A stretch of DNA of 64,000 nt, taken from positions 32,001 to 96,000 of the IMG/VR virus record IMGVR_UViG_3300045806_000063; one strand, given 5' to 3'. The DNA comes from a virus. The translations under genes and the position numbers were made by a program. Each line of letters opens with the position of its first letter. Position 1 is the first letter of the stretch. Shown piece by piece: positions 55,289 through 64,000 of the stretch. Under the pieces are notes generated by a model. It was given only the letters and a program-made list of their open reading frames with translations, made no database searches and was not told the DNA's origin.

Positions 55289-55307
55289 TTAAAGCTCCGA
55301 GTATTAA

Positions 55308-55817
55308 ATGATAATAAATTATTTATTAAGCCTATTACAGCCAAAACATAAGGACGTATCTGAACATCAAAAATATTTAGACATTCTTCATAGTGATGGT
55401 CTCTACATTGATAAATGCATGGGAGTATCAGATCTACTAAATGGCATAGTAGTTGAAAATGTTAGCTATGCTACGATGCGGGAACGCTATATAATATCGT
55501 ATGTGGAAAACTTAGCTAGTCTAATTACTAGTTTAAAGACCCACCACAGTAGCTTATTAGCTACTGGTAACTGTAACATCTCACCTGCTTGTGACTCTGT
55601 AGAGTATCGGTTAGATGTATGGGTTATGGACGACATTGCCTTGTATGGCTATATTGGTATCATTGAAGGCTGGAAGATAGCATTATGGTATATTACTGAA
55701 ATTAGTAGTTTAACAAAAACAAAGATACATCGAAATTATGTTAGCCGTTCCCTTTATAAGGAACTGGACACATTCTTATCCTTAACTGAGTTTCTAATCA
55801 GGGAAGTTCTAAAATGA
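55308..55817 (+). CDS. Hypothetical protein
   Basis: 169-aa ORF. Confidence 0.62.
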   Translation: MIINYLLSLLQPKHKDVSEHQKYLDILHSDGLYIDKCMGVSDLLNGIVVENVSYATMRERYIISYVENLASLITSLKTHHSSLLATGNCNISPACDSVEYRLDVWVMDDIALYGYIGIIEGWKIALWYITEISSLTKTKIHRNYVSRSLYKELDTFLSLTEFLIREVLK

Positions 55818-56407
55818 GTAAATCTACAAACCCCCTTACCAGGATAGTCGATTCTGGGACTTATGGTATTTTAACTGCTAGGTTGGCATTAACAAAAATA
55901 TTTAGACACTTAACAAATCAGGTAGTCGGTACAAAGGAGACTGAACTACACAGTAGGATGGATCTATGGATAACTAGGACGTACAAGAGTACATTACCTA
56001 GAGAAAGGAGTAGTCTTAAAGGTAATACCGCTAATGCATTAGCGGCAGATAAGATGACATGGGGTACGTTTGCTAAGGGAGTTGATATATTAGGATTCCC
56101 CAGTTTGTATATCAAAATGATCTTTCTGAAAAAAAATGCAGAATTAAATGGAGTATACACGAATAATAAACTGTATAAAGCAATAGTGGCTGGAGATGAG
56201 TTTGATAAAAAGGATATTATATTACATTCTCAAACCTTTAACTTTGCTGACCACTCTTTACTATATGAGCTATGGTATAACAAAACTGCTCAAAAGTTCA
56301 TTAAGATAGAGAGTACCAAAGCCTTTAAAGAGATCAATGAGTTTAATGAAGCAGATGCATACATACCTGACATTACTGCTGAATATTCAAAAGACCAAAT
56401 AGACTAA
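55814..56407 (+). CDS. Conserved phiKZ-like hypothetical protein
   Basis: KGN..NALA.DKMTWGTFAKG motif. Confidence 0.65.
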   Translation: MSKSTNPLTRIVDSGTYGILTARLALTKIFRHLTNQVVGTKETELHSRMDLWITRTYKSTLPRERSSLKGNTANALAADKMTWGTFAKGVDILGFPSLYIKMIFLKKNAELNGVYTNNKLYKAIVAGDEFDKKDIILHSQTFNFADHSLLYELWYNKTAQKFIKIESTKAFKEINEFNEADAYIPDITAEYSKDQID

Positions 56408-56410
56408 GGG

Positions 56411-56442
56411 TATGACACTGGGAGATATCTCCCAGTGTCATA
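56411..56442. terminator. Perfect 32-bp palindrome
   Basis: tatgacactgggagat|atctcccagtgtcata. Confidence 0.78.
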
Positions 56443-56470
56443 ATCTATTTTTTTTATAAAAGGATACAAC

Positions 56471-58594
56471 ATGAACATTAACGGAATGCCTACATCGCTA
56501 TTACCTAATATGTCAAATATTTTACCAGTAATGCCTAATCTTAACATAATGAATTCATTGTCAGGATTAACTATACCTACCATACCTAACCTAGGCATTA
56601 TAACCCCGCCGTTCCCTATGGCAGTTAGACCAATAATACCTACGGTAAATAGCTTTAGAAGAACTCCATTTGCAGAAAGCAATTTAATAGACCCATTCAA
56701 AACTTTTGAATTAGCTGTTTTAACTGAGGAACAATTAGCAGTAGATGTAATAACAGATACAATAAATACGATTTTACCACCTGAGATGGTAAATGAAATA
56801 TTAGCTATGCCAGATTTTGTAGACTATCTGTTAGCTACTGGACAGGATATAATGGGCGTCCTAGGTAATATCATGAATCAGCTTCCTTCACTCTCCTCTT
56901 TAGGTAATTTATTGCGAGCATGTCCAATCATGAGCGTGATTAATTCAATCGCTGGGGTAGTTAATGCTGCGATATCAATGGGTCTATCTTTAGTTCATTT
57001 TGCTGAAGGGGCTATAATCGCCACATTCCAATTTATCAGTAATGTAGCTAGTGCAGTTAACTCTGTAATTTATAATGCAGAATTTATGGTAGGATCTGTT
57101 TTAGCAACAGTTGGAGCTATCGCTAGTGTAGGAACGAGTATTCTCTATAGCGCTGCATTAGTAGCTGGTGTAGCTAGTATGATGATTGGTACTGGGATTT
57201 CACTCGTAAGTACTCTAGCTACTATAGGGGTAGGTAGTGTAGCTGCAATAGTAGGAATTAGTTCAATGATGTCCTCTTCTATATTTGGCGCTGTTGCTAC
57301 AACTGTAGCCTTATTACCATTAGCGGTTGCTTCTAGTATAGGTATGGCTGTAGGAACTATAGCTGCTGTTGGCGCATCGGTATTAGTCAATGCTGTAGCT
57401 GGTTTAACCAATGGTTTAGTGGTAGGTGCTTTATCGACTATTGCTGCTGTTGGCGGCATGGCGGCTATAGCTACTTATAGTGCACTGGCTGCTATCTATT
57501 CACCTGTTGTAATGGCCTCTAGCTTTACTAATATAGGGTATTACAGTAGTGGGCAGATGGGTTACATCTCTAGCTGCTACAGCGGTTATAGTGCATTTAA
57601 TCTAAATGCTATTATCCAAGAGTTTTCTCAATTTGCTTTACTGGATTTACAGAATTTTGCACTTCAGTTAAGTTCAATGGGAATTCCTTTATATTTGGAA
57701 CAATATGGTAGTAGCCCGTATTTACCTTTGGTAAGGTTTGCTCAAAGTTATGGTAGCTCAATAATTAATATTGGAATAACTGCAGTACAGCATAATGCGT
57801 CGTATACTCTGCCTGTTTTTAGTCAGGATAATAGAGCTCATGCAATACAGTTAATTACTGTGCTGAGTGCTGTAGGAGGCACTTATGCTCAGACCCTTAC
57901 TACCTTCGGTTTAACTGATTTAAATGCCGCTAACGCTGAGCTAGTCGGCTTAATTAGCACGTTTGGTGAGACCGCAGTGTTAACATCAGTAGGGTCGTTA
58001 GTTACTGCTTTAACTACCACATCTGCGGCTAGTTTAATACAGTTAGTTGATAGCACTTCTAGTTACCCTAGTAAGACTTTATCTTCAGCCTTCAGTGCGA
58101 TGTCTCAACTGACAGTAGCTAACATTCAATCTATCGTATCAAAACTTTCCTTAACTGAATTAGTTACTTTAATTCACAATTTCAATATAACTGGGGAAGT
58201 ATTAAACTTCCTAATTAGACAACTAACTGAACTAGCCGCTAAAGTAGGAGATGTAAAAACAGTTTCTTCATTAGTTAGTAATTATCCAAATGTCTTATCT
58301 AATGACTATCTAAAATACTTAGTCACTACCATTTTAGCTAATTATAAAATCGGCGCAGATGAAGCATCTGCTGGTTTAACAGTAAGTGCTATTAACCTTA
58401 CCAACGGTCTGTCACTTATCCTATCTACATGGAATACTACAATTAGAAACAATGAAACCGTCTATGATATAACTTGTTTATTAACAGCAAGTCATGACTC
58501 TTTGCTTACATTATCTTATAGTTCAACCTTTGCAGATTCTGCTATATTGCAAATGGATAATGTGTATAATTTACCCTCTTACTTAGCAGCATAG
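56471..58594 (+). CDS. Probable virion protein with a 179-aa uncharged hydrophobic core
   Basis: 707 aa; RBS AAGGA; A/G/V/S/I-rich central region. Confidence 0.65.
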   Translation: MNINGMPTSLLPNMSNILPVMPNLNIMNSLSGLTIPTIPNLGIITPPFPMAVRPIIPTVNSFRRTPFAESNLIDPFKTFELAVLTEEQLAVDVITDTINTILPPEMVNEILAMPDFVDYLLATGQDIMGVLGNIMNQLPSLSSLGNLLRACPIMSVINSIAGVVNAAISMGLSLVHFAEGAIIATFQFISNVASAVNSVIYNAEFMVGSVLATVGAIASVGTSILYSAALVAGVASMMIGTGISLVSTLATIGVGSVAAIVGISSMMSSSIFGAVATTVALLPLAVASSIGMAVGTIAAVGASVLVNAVAGLTNGLVVGALSTIAAVGGMAAIATYSALAAIYSPVVMASSFTNIGYYSSGQMGYISSCYSGYSAFNLNAIIQEFSQFALLDLQNFALQLSSMGIPLYLEQYGSSPYLPLVRFAQSYGSSIINIGITAVQHNASYTLPVFSQDNRAHAIQLITVLSAVGGTYAQTLTTFGLTDLNAANAELVGLISTFGETAVLTSVGSLVTALTTTSAASLIQLVDSTSSYPSKTLSSAFSAMSQLTVANIQSIVSKLSLTELVTLIHNFNITGEVLNFLIRQLTELAAKVGDVKTVSSLVSNYPNVLSNDYLKYLVTTILANYKIGADEASAGLTVSAINLTNGLSLILSTWNTTIRNNETVYDITCLLTASHDSLLTLSYSSTFADSAILQMDNVYNLPSYLAA

Positions 58595-58603
58595 GCAGAT
58601 ACC

Positions 58604-59194
58604 ATGACCCCTTCAACTCTATTCATTGCATTAATTTTATTCACTGTATCTAATCTAGTTTTTAGATACTGGCGAGAAAGGTATATCCTTAAATCGGTAA
58701 ACTCGTTAAAGATATTGAAGTTAATTGACAATGTAGCAAACTGTAATGTTAAAGAGATCCAGACGATGTGCGATGAGGTAGTAAAAGAATTCCCCTACTT
58801 TGCCAGTACCATAGACGCTCTGTATAGTTATTATTACGCACTTGATGTCCTTAAATCTGAATGCAGTCATCACACTCATGCTGGTTTAAATACGAATAAG
58901 TTACAGGTTATGCCATATCTGATGTTATACAATCAAACCCCTACTAATACTACTGCCGAAATGATTCTTTCTATTCTTGCTATGCGAGTTAAGATACTGG
59001 CTGTCATAAATTATCCCAGTGTGAATAAAGCTAAAAAAATATACATCTTAACTATCTTAAGTAAAACACCTGAAGACCTTCGTGGTTTATTTGATACCAT
59101 GAATAAATTACACCTGATCCATAAAGGGTTAGGGTTAACTGATAAATGCTCATCATTATATCCAAAACATCAATATGCGGTTCATACAAGGTGA
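58604..59194 (+). CDS. Hypothetical protein with N-terminal membrane anchor
   Basis: TLFIALILFTVSNLVF followed by RYWRER. Confidence 0.62.
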   Translation: MTPSTLFIALILFTVSNLVFRYWRERYILKSVNSLKILKLIDNVANCNVKEIQTMCDEVVKEFPYFASTIDALYSYYYALDVLKSECSHHTHAGLNTNKLQVMPYLMLYNQTPTNTTAEMILSILAMRVKILAVINYPSVNKAKKIYILTILSKTPEDLRGLFDTMNKLHLIHKGLGLTDKCSSLYPKHQYAVHTR

Positions 59195-59301
59195 CATAGT
59201 AAAATTGACAATTAAAGGTCAGTTTGATTTCGTATTACACTGCTGTAATTGTCAGATTGTAGACTTTAAGATTCCAGCCTATATTCAAAAAAAATTTAAA
59301 C

Positions 59302-59311
59302 ATATATCATC
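59302..59311 (+). promoter_or_regulatory. Putative early promoter motif ATATATCATC
   Basis: Preceded by aaaatttaaac in a 235-bp intergenic gap. Confidence 0.62.
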
Positions 59312-59429
59312 TAAGTGAATGAACCTAAAACATTCATTAAAAAGATCTACCAAAAACCTCCAAAGAGTTGCCGTTGCTCACAATCAACGGCTATTTTTTT
59401 GTCTTGGTATAATTTAAAGGAGAGTAAGA

Positions 59430-59870
59430 ATGGCAATAAAGTTAGCGCTGATTGAAATGATATCTACTGATCCCAGTTTAACACCGAACCAGATATATAC
59501 TCTGGTAAAAAGAATTAGAGCAAAAGAGTTCTCTTCGTCGGAAGAGAACTCTTTTGCAGCTCTTTTACCGTCTCTCATAAGAGAGGATACGGAAGTGGGT
59601 AGTAAGTCAAGGATTAGATCAGTAGAGGATCAGATTGTGATTTTCTGTAATCGGTATCATATCGGTACTGTTACTGATGAACGAGTTCTGCCATTAGCGA
59701 GATGTCATCCAGATATGGAACGGCAATCTACAAAGAACCGTTTAATCTACGCTAGAGATAGTGTACGAGAGAGTACCTGGTATCGAAAGATTGTAGACGA
59801 GTTGGGAGTTGGTGGAACGCTAAATTCCTCAGCGATAACCTCTATATTTGGAAGGAGTATTAAGAAATGA
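59430..59870 (+). CDS. Hypothetical protein
   Basis: 146 aa; RBS AAGGAG. Confidence 0.7.
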   Translation: MAIKLALIEMISTDPSLTPNQIYTLVKRIRAKEFSSSEENSFAALLPSLIREDTEVGSKSRIRSVEDQIVIFCNRYHIGTVTDERVLPLARCHPDMERQSTKNRLIYARDSVRESTWYRKIVDELGVGGTLNSSAITSIFGRSIKK

Positions 59871-60280
59871 AACCAAGTAGATTTAATAGATTTCTGCTGG
59901 AAGTTTATTGGGCCGGACGATCCGATAATAACGAAACAACCAGACGAGGGATGGCTGTTCTGGAACGGATGTTGATGTCTGGTAACTATCCTGAGTTATC
60001 TCTGGATAGTTTTGTAAAAATACTGTCAGTGGAAGATATGAGTATTTCAATGACTGGCAGATACCAGAAAATAGTAGTAGCTTACTACGGGCTGGATCAT
60101 AGAAACAAATGCAGTTCTACTGCTGAACTTGCATTACAATATGACGTAAGTAAGAGCAGGATTAACTATCTCAGACATGCTGCTCTGAAGAAGTTAGCAA
60201 AATTAGTCATCTTTAAAAACTTGCACCTTCTGGTGCAGGTAAAGATGATGGTAGACGCATTAGCTGGCGAATCAGCTTAA
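59867..60280 (+). CDS. Sigma-70 region-4-like HTH protein
   Basis: QKIVVAYYGL...STAELALQYDVSKSRINYLRHAALKKL resembles R.V..LRFGL...TL.EI...F.VTRERIRQIE.KALRKL. Confidence 0.7.
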   Translation: MKPSRFNRFLLEVYWAGRSDNNETTRRGMAVLERMLMSGNYPELSLDSFVKILSVEDMSISMTGRYQKIVVAYYGLDHRNKCSSTAELALQYDVSKSRINYLRHAALKKLAKLVIFKNLHLLVQVKMMVDALAGESA

Positions 60281-60308
60281 ATTTTGTTTTAATTAAAGGA
60301 GAAAAGAA

Positions 60309-60593
60309 ATGAGTCTTTATATATTGTGCCACCGCGATAAGAGAAAATGGTTGAGTGAGAATGGGAGTAGATTAGATTATACTCCTGCTACCGTCAAGGA
60401 TGGAGGTGAGAGTACATTACTGGTAGCATTCATGGACGATTATTACTACCCGTCCGCAGCCCTCCTTTATAACAAGGAAGATCTACACTACTTTAAAGGT
60501 TATGGTATTACTCCACAGCCGATATGGTATGCTGTTGAAATTAATAAGTTAAAGGAGGTGACTATTCCATATTACCATAGATTAATGGAGTAA
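60309..60593 (+). CDS. Hypothetical protein
   Basis: 94 aa; RBS AAGGAG. Confidence 0.68.
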   Translation: MSLYILCHRDKRKWLSENGSRLDYTPATVKDGGESTLLVAFMDDYYYPSAALLYNKEDLHYFKGYGITPQPIWYAVEINKLKEVTIPYYHRLME

Positions 60594-60599
60594 CGTGAA

Positions 60600-60636
60600 T
60601 AATCAGAGGACTCCCGGAATGGGAGTCCTCTGATTA
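60600..60636. terminator. Hairpin, 16-bp arms, between convergent genes
   Basis: taatcagaggactccc-ggaat-gggagtcctctgatta. Confidence 0.78.
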
Positions 60637-60655
60637 ACTTCATATATTTTTTCTT

Positions 60656-62860
60656 TTAGTGCCCAGTAATATGTCCTTGCTTAACAAAGAAAGAGACTAT
60701 ATCCCCTCCTGCAGTTCCACGAGCCCATGTCATAAGGTTATCCATAGTCCAAAAGCTATCAAAGTTCTGTTGTTTTTTAGCATTTCTTATACGCCACCGA
60801 TTACTTGCATAATACTGATCAGCAAGTCCTAATGACGACCATACTGCCATCAAGTCAGTAAACTTAGTATCTTCATCAAACATAGATACCGCATAACCTG
60901 TTCCGGCTAAACTAATAATATCTTTTAATGATAAATCAACAGTAATCGGGATATGTGTAATGCTCGATAAATCCTTTATTGTAATATGAACATCTACTGC
61001 AATTGGCTGACCAAATTCATTCCAGCCTAGATTTCCAGCACCACGGGTAATGCTAAAACTAGTTACAATACCAGTCTGAATTTGGGCATAGCCCTTTTGC
61101 CACATTTTGCAATAAAATGGATTAGAGTAAGCAGCCCTGCCTGCTGAACGAGCGGCTGCAAAAGGCAACAGCATGGCTAATGGGAAGTATATGTTTTGTA
61201 ATAGGGCAGTAGGATGACCAGACCAGGATCTAAGAGGTATCACATATGAAGTGCTAGGCATTGTTACGTCAGAGCTATCCCAAAATTCTGGAATGTCTAC
61301 AAATGCTCTGCCGCCTAACATTGCTAAACCTGATAACCCTACAGCGTCTGCTGTCCCTTGTACTACTTTACTGGCCAAACCTAGAAAGGACTCGACGCTA
61401 TCTGCTATAAAACTATCCCCGATATTACCATTAGCTACAGAAAACAATTTCTCCCTATTAACACGTGACGTGTCATTCATTTTACCTGCGATATCAGATG
61501 GTTTAGTGGTACTAGAAAATGACTCAGATACTGTACGCTCATAGTCTACTGCAAAGCTTACAAATGCAGATCCGTCTCTCAGTTCTGCTTCCATATAGTC
61601 AGCATATTTTTGTAGATGATCAGCTACTGTCATAGATAGCTGTGTTTCCGCTTTTAAAATTGAACTGACAGATTTATTATCTTTAATTGAAGTAGCGGCA
61701 ATAGCAATAGTCTCTCCTTGTTTATCTGTAGTTTGGACTGCAGGTTTATTAAATAACAAAGTATCAACCAAGAAGGTGCCCATACCGGCCACTGTAAGTG
61801 CATACCCTGCCAGCGAACTATGGATATCAGGGTAGGTCATTGGTGGCACATCATTAGGCTGTAATCCAGTTTGAAGATATGTATTAATTGCAGCTGTAAC
61901 ATCGGCAAGTTTAGGGTATGAATTCTTTATATCCATCAGTTTTCTTTCATGTGCATCTGCTAGTCGCTCATATCTAGTAGCAACCGCTTTTACGTTAATA
62001 CTGCCTTTTTCATCTAGAAAGACATCAGGTAATACTCTGACTAGTTCTGCTAGATCAGCTTCATCATTAGGGCTATTAGCATCTTTGGTTAATGATGTTT
62101 TGTCTATGATAGTAGCGCCATCGTTACCTTTAATTAACGACCCTGGATTCAAACCACCTTGCTGTCTTAAATTTACAGTGATAGCATTCATTATACCTTG
62201 GACAGTTGACCAGTATATTGCCATCGTTGGCTTAACATAATAGAACTTACTCAATGGTCTTCTAGCTAAGTCTGCATATATCTTTTTACCAGTAGAGTAA
62301 GCAAAGCTTGATAACATATATAAAGGAGCTATAGCAAAACCTACTACATATCCTACAAATGCACCAATGTTAAATGCCATCCCTCCAACTACACCAGTGT
62401 TAATCATATCAGCATGATAAGGGTCATAGAACCCAGTCATGAAATTCGTTAATGAGTTAGTAATAGGTGTACCTGCCTGAAGAGTGATATACTGAACATT
62501 AGCAGCTATTTTTTCTGCATACCATCTACCCTCACCTAGTGTCTTATTCTGATCTAATCTACCTGATTTTTTACCAGTATAGTCTAAGTTGGTTTGTACA
62601 GTTGCAATGATCGAGGACAGTTTAGGATCTGCAAACCTGCAAGCTTGTGGTTTAGGGTTCATCACTTTACTACCACCTAATGCTGTATCTTCAAACATTA
62701 AACTAGCATATGAAAGCGATTGATTAAACCTCCATGAACCATCAGTGTCCCGAGCCATACCCCCAGCTGCACTACCTCGATACGGTACGAAGAGGGATTG
62801 TCTGATCCATCCATTATCCTGCAGCTGTGTTAATGTAGATGAACTGCTATAAGTAGTCAT
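60656..62860 (-). CDS. Baseplate/tail structural protein (phiKZ gp101-like; start moved to 62860)
   Basis: RBS AAGGTGAG; FEDTALGGS..NPKPQ..RFADP, DIPEFW..S, PFYCK...KG motifs. Confidence 0.72.
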   Translation of the reverse strand: MTTYSSSSTLTQLQDNGWIRQSLFVPYRGSAAGGMARDTDGSWRFNQSLSYASLMFEDTALGGSKVMNPKPQACRFADPKLSSIIATVQTNLDYTGKKSGRLDQNKTLGEGRWYAEKIAANVQYITLQAGTPITNSLTNFMTGFYDPYHADMINTGVVGGMAFNIGAFVGYVVGFAIAPLYMLSSFAYSTGKKIYADLARRPLSKFYYVKPTMAIYWSTVQGIMNAITVNLRQQGGLNPGSLIKGNDGATIIDKTSLTKDANSPNDEADLAELVRVLPDVFLDEKGSINVKAVATRYERLADAHERKLMDIKNSYPKLADVTAAINTYLQTGLQPNDVPPMTYPDIHSSLAGYALTVAGMGTFLVDTLLFNKPAVQTTDKQGETIAIAATSIKDNKSVSSILKAETQLSMTVADHLQKYADYMEAELRDGSAFVSFAVDYERTVSESFSSTTKPSDIAGKMNDTSRVNREKLFSVANGNIGDSFIADSVESFLGLASKVVQGTADAVGLSGLAMLGGRAFVDIPEFWDSSDVTMPSTSYVIPLRSWSGHPTALLQNIYFPLAMLLPFAAARSAGRAAYSNPFYCKMWQKGYAQIQTGIVTSFSITRGAGNLGWNEFGQPIAVDVHITIKDLSSITHIPITVDLSLKDIISLAGTGYAVSMFDEDTKFTDLMAVWSSLGLADQYYASNRWRIRNAKKQQNFDSFWTMDNLMTWARGTAGGDIVSFFVKQGHITGH

Positions 62861-62911
62861 AAAGTTTCTCACCTTTAAAGTAAACATAGAATTAATAGAT
62901 TCAATTTAATC

Positions 62912-62974
62912 TCATTTATATATCATCTAGATGAGATTACTAAATAGTGATTCTTAAGTAGTCATTCTTTTAAT
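62912..62974 (+). promoter_or_regulatory. Putative early-promoter leader, copy 2 of the ~62-bp repeat
   Basis: Matches 4228-4289 except tt versus gat in the middle; ATATATCATC at 62918-62927. Confidence 0.75.
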
Positions 62975-63001
62975 AGCAAAATTTGTTAGGAGATATAGAT
63001 T

Positions 63002-63775
63002 ATGAGTACTGAAATGACATGGGCAGATAGACAAGGAAGCCGTGATCGGAAAGCATGGTTACTCCTTATAAAGGAAGGACAAGTACTATCCTTCCGGGGG
63101 AGTGACATCCCTGGAGTATGTGCCGTGGTTGGTACAGACTACAAAAAAGACGGTAAGTGGAGTTTCACCACTTACCGTCTGCTGTTGGCAGAAGGGGTTA
63201 GTGCCGTCCCTGGCAGAGCAGGCTGGGAAACCGGCCGGTTTACTGAAGGGTTAGGATCAGCTATGGGCTGTAAAACTCCAGATACATGGAGTGAAGTAGC
63301 GGGGCTTCTTGGAGTCTCAGTACCCAGCTGTATGAGCTGGATGCGGGTGTCCATACCTTCCGCTGCCGAGCGGTTGGACAAAGTGGAAGAGGCTATTCAG
63401 ATGCTGGAAACAGCATCTGATTCTGCTGATCAGAAGGAGAGCATCACCGTAACACTATCCTTTGGTTGCCCCACTCGTCGCCAAAGCGACGAGGGCTACT
63501 GGGATGCACCAAAGGAAATACCAGGGTATAAAGGATCAATCAGTAAGATTGACCCTGAGGAAGGATGGTATGAAGGGAATATCCGCGTTAGCGGGATTAC
63601 CGGAACAGTAATATCCGCAGTACACTCCCGAGGGAGAGCAGGCGGGTACTATGACATTACCCTGGCAGTGGTGCCTGGGAGTGAACTACCGAACCAAGCT
63701 TGCCCAGTAGGACCGGTAGGACCGGTAGGTCCACTTACTCCTTTCCAACAGGGGTTAAAATCTCTATGTAAATAA
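63002..63775 (+). CDS. Hypothetical cassette protein
   Basis: 257 aa; RBS AGGAG; codons look more GC-rich; opposite strand to both neighbours. Confidence 0.78.
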   Translation: MSTEMTWADRQGSRDRKAWLLLIKEGQVLSFRGSDIPGVCAVVGTDYKKDGKWSFTTYRLLLAEGVSAVPGRAGWETGRFTEGLGSAMGCKTPDTWSEVAGLLGVSVPSCMSWMRVSIPSAAERLDKVEEAIQMLETASDSADQKESITVTLSFGCPTRRQSDEGYWDAPKEIPGYKGSISKIDPEEGWYEGNIRVSGITGTVISAVHSRGRAGGYYDITLAVVPGSELPNQACPVGPVGPVGPLTPFQQGLKSLCK

Positions 63776-63782
63776 TGAATGT

Positions 63783-63818
63783 TACTACAGGGAGGAGCCT
63801 AGGCTCCTCCCTGTAGTA
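63783..63818. terminator. Perfect 36-bp palindrome followed by a T-run
   Basis: tactacagggaggagcct|aggctcctccctgtagta. Confidence 0.8.
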
Positions 63819-63824
63819 TTTTTT

Positions 63825-63998
63825 TTAACTTACGGACATATCTACCATAGGTGATATTGGTTTGATAGGTGGTGGTGGGTTAGCACTTACTGAACTATTG
63901 TTAGGTTTCGGAGCTTGCTGATTACCAATGAGAGCATTTAATGATTTAATACCATTATCGATAGATGCTAATATACCGCCACTTACATCACGTTGTTG
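63825..63998 (-). CDS. 3' end of a gene that starts beyond the window (possibly tape measure/gp181-like, by synteny only)
   Basis: Open frame QQRDVSGGILASIDNGIKSLNAL...PPPPIKPISPMVDMSVS* running off the window end. Confidence 0.5.
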   Translation of the reverse strand, partial: QQRDVSGGILASIDNGIKSLNALIGNQQAPKPNNSSVSANPPPPIKPISPMVDMSVS

Positions 63999-64000
63999 AG

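Noticed and set aside
59205-59254. TTGACA with a 9-bp inverted repeat as a host sigma-70 promoter/operator
   Set aside because: No -10 hexamer at 16-18 bp spacing; the phage-type motif at 59302 explains the downstream operon
59195-59429. tRNA or structured ncRNA in the larger intergenic gaps
   Set aside because: Only short hairpins; no cloverleaf, T-loop or riboswitch consensus was recognisable by eye (a covariance-model search was not run)
525-63381. Many short opposite-strand or alternative-frame ORFs in the track (e.g. 3024-3404, 11269-11601, 22683-23222, 29487-30095, 40027-40368)
   Set aside because: They lie inside longer, motif-supported genes, lack RBSs and mirror the low-complexity codons of the real gene
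1-64000. Stop-codon reassignment, as in some jumbo phages
   Set aside because: Core genes are full length under the standard code, TAA, TAG and TGA all end genes, and coding density is high

Overview
This is a 64-kb segment of an AT-rich phiKZ-like jumbo bacteriophage. It could be a nucleus-forming Chimalliviridae-type phage, but chimallin is not in this window, so that cannot be confirmed. All family assignments come from motif recognition and recalled phiKZ gene order, not from database searches. Core genes: split RNA polymerase subunits (non-virion beta gp123-like, virion beta gp149-like), portal, baseplate and other virion proteins, RuvC, RNase HI, SbcC, UvsX/RecA, ThyA, a degenerate DHFR, thioredoxin and a GH19 endolysin. 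About 12.9-40.6 kb holds a large set of roughly 13 fibre, spike or receptor-binding genes. These include two tailspike-like paralogues with Sec signal peptides and a 1502-aa protein with a clan GH-A-like glycosidase domain. Accessory genes sit in promoter-gene-palindrome cassettes. A 10-bp motif (ATATATYATC) precedes six + strand units, and two of them, 58.7 kb apart, share a near-identical leader of about 62 bp. Seventeen long, almost loop-less intergenic palindromes punctuate the region. Several genes look like counter-defence candidates: a NADAR-like domain fused to RNase H, a Tad2/DUF2829-like protein, an orphan HigA and a degenerate ABC ATPase. No tRNA, rRNA, CRISPR array, transposase or integrase was seen.
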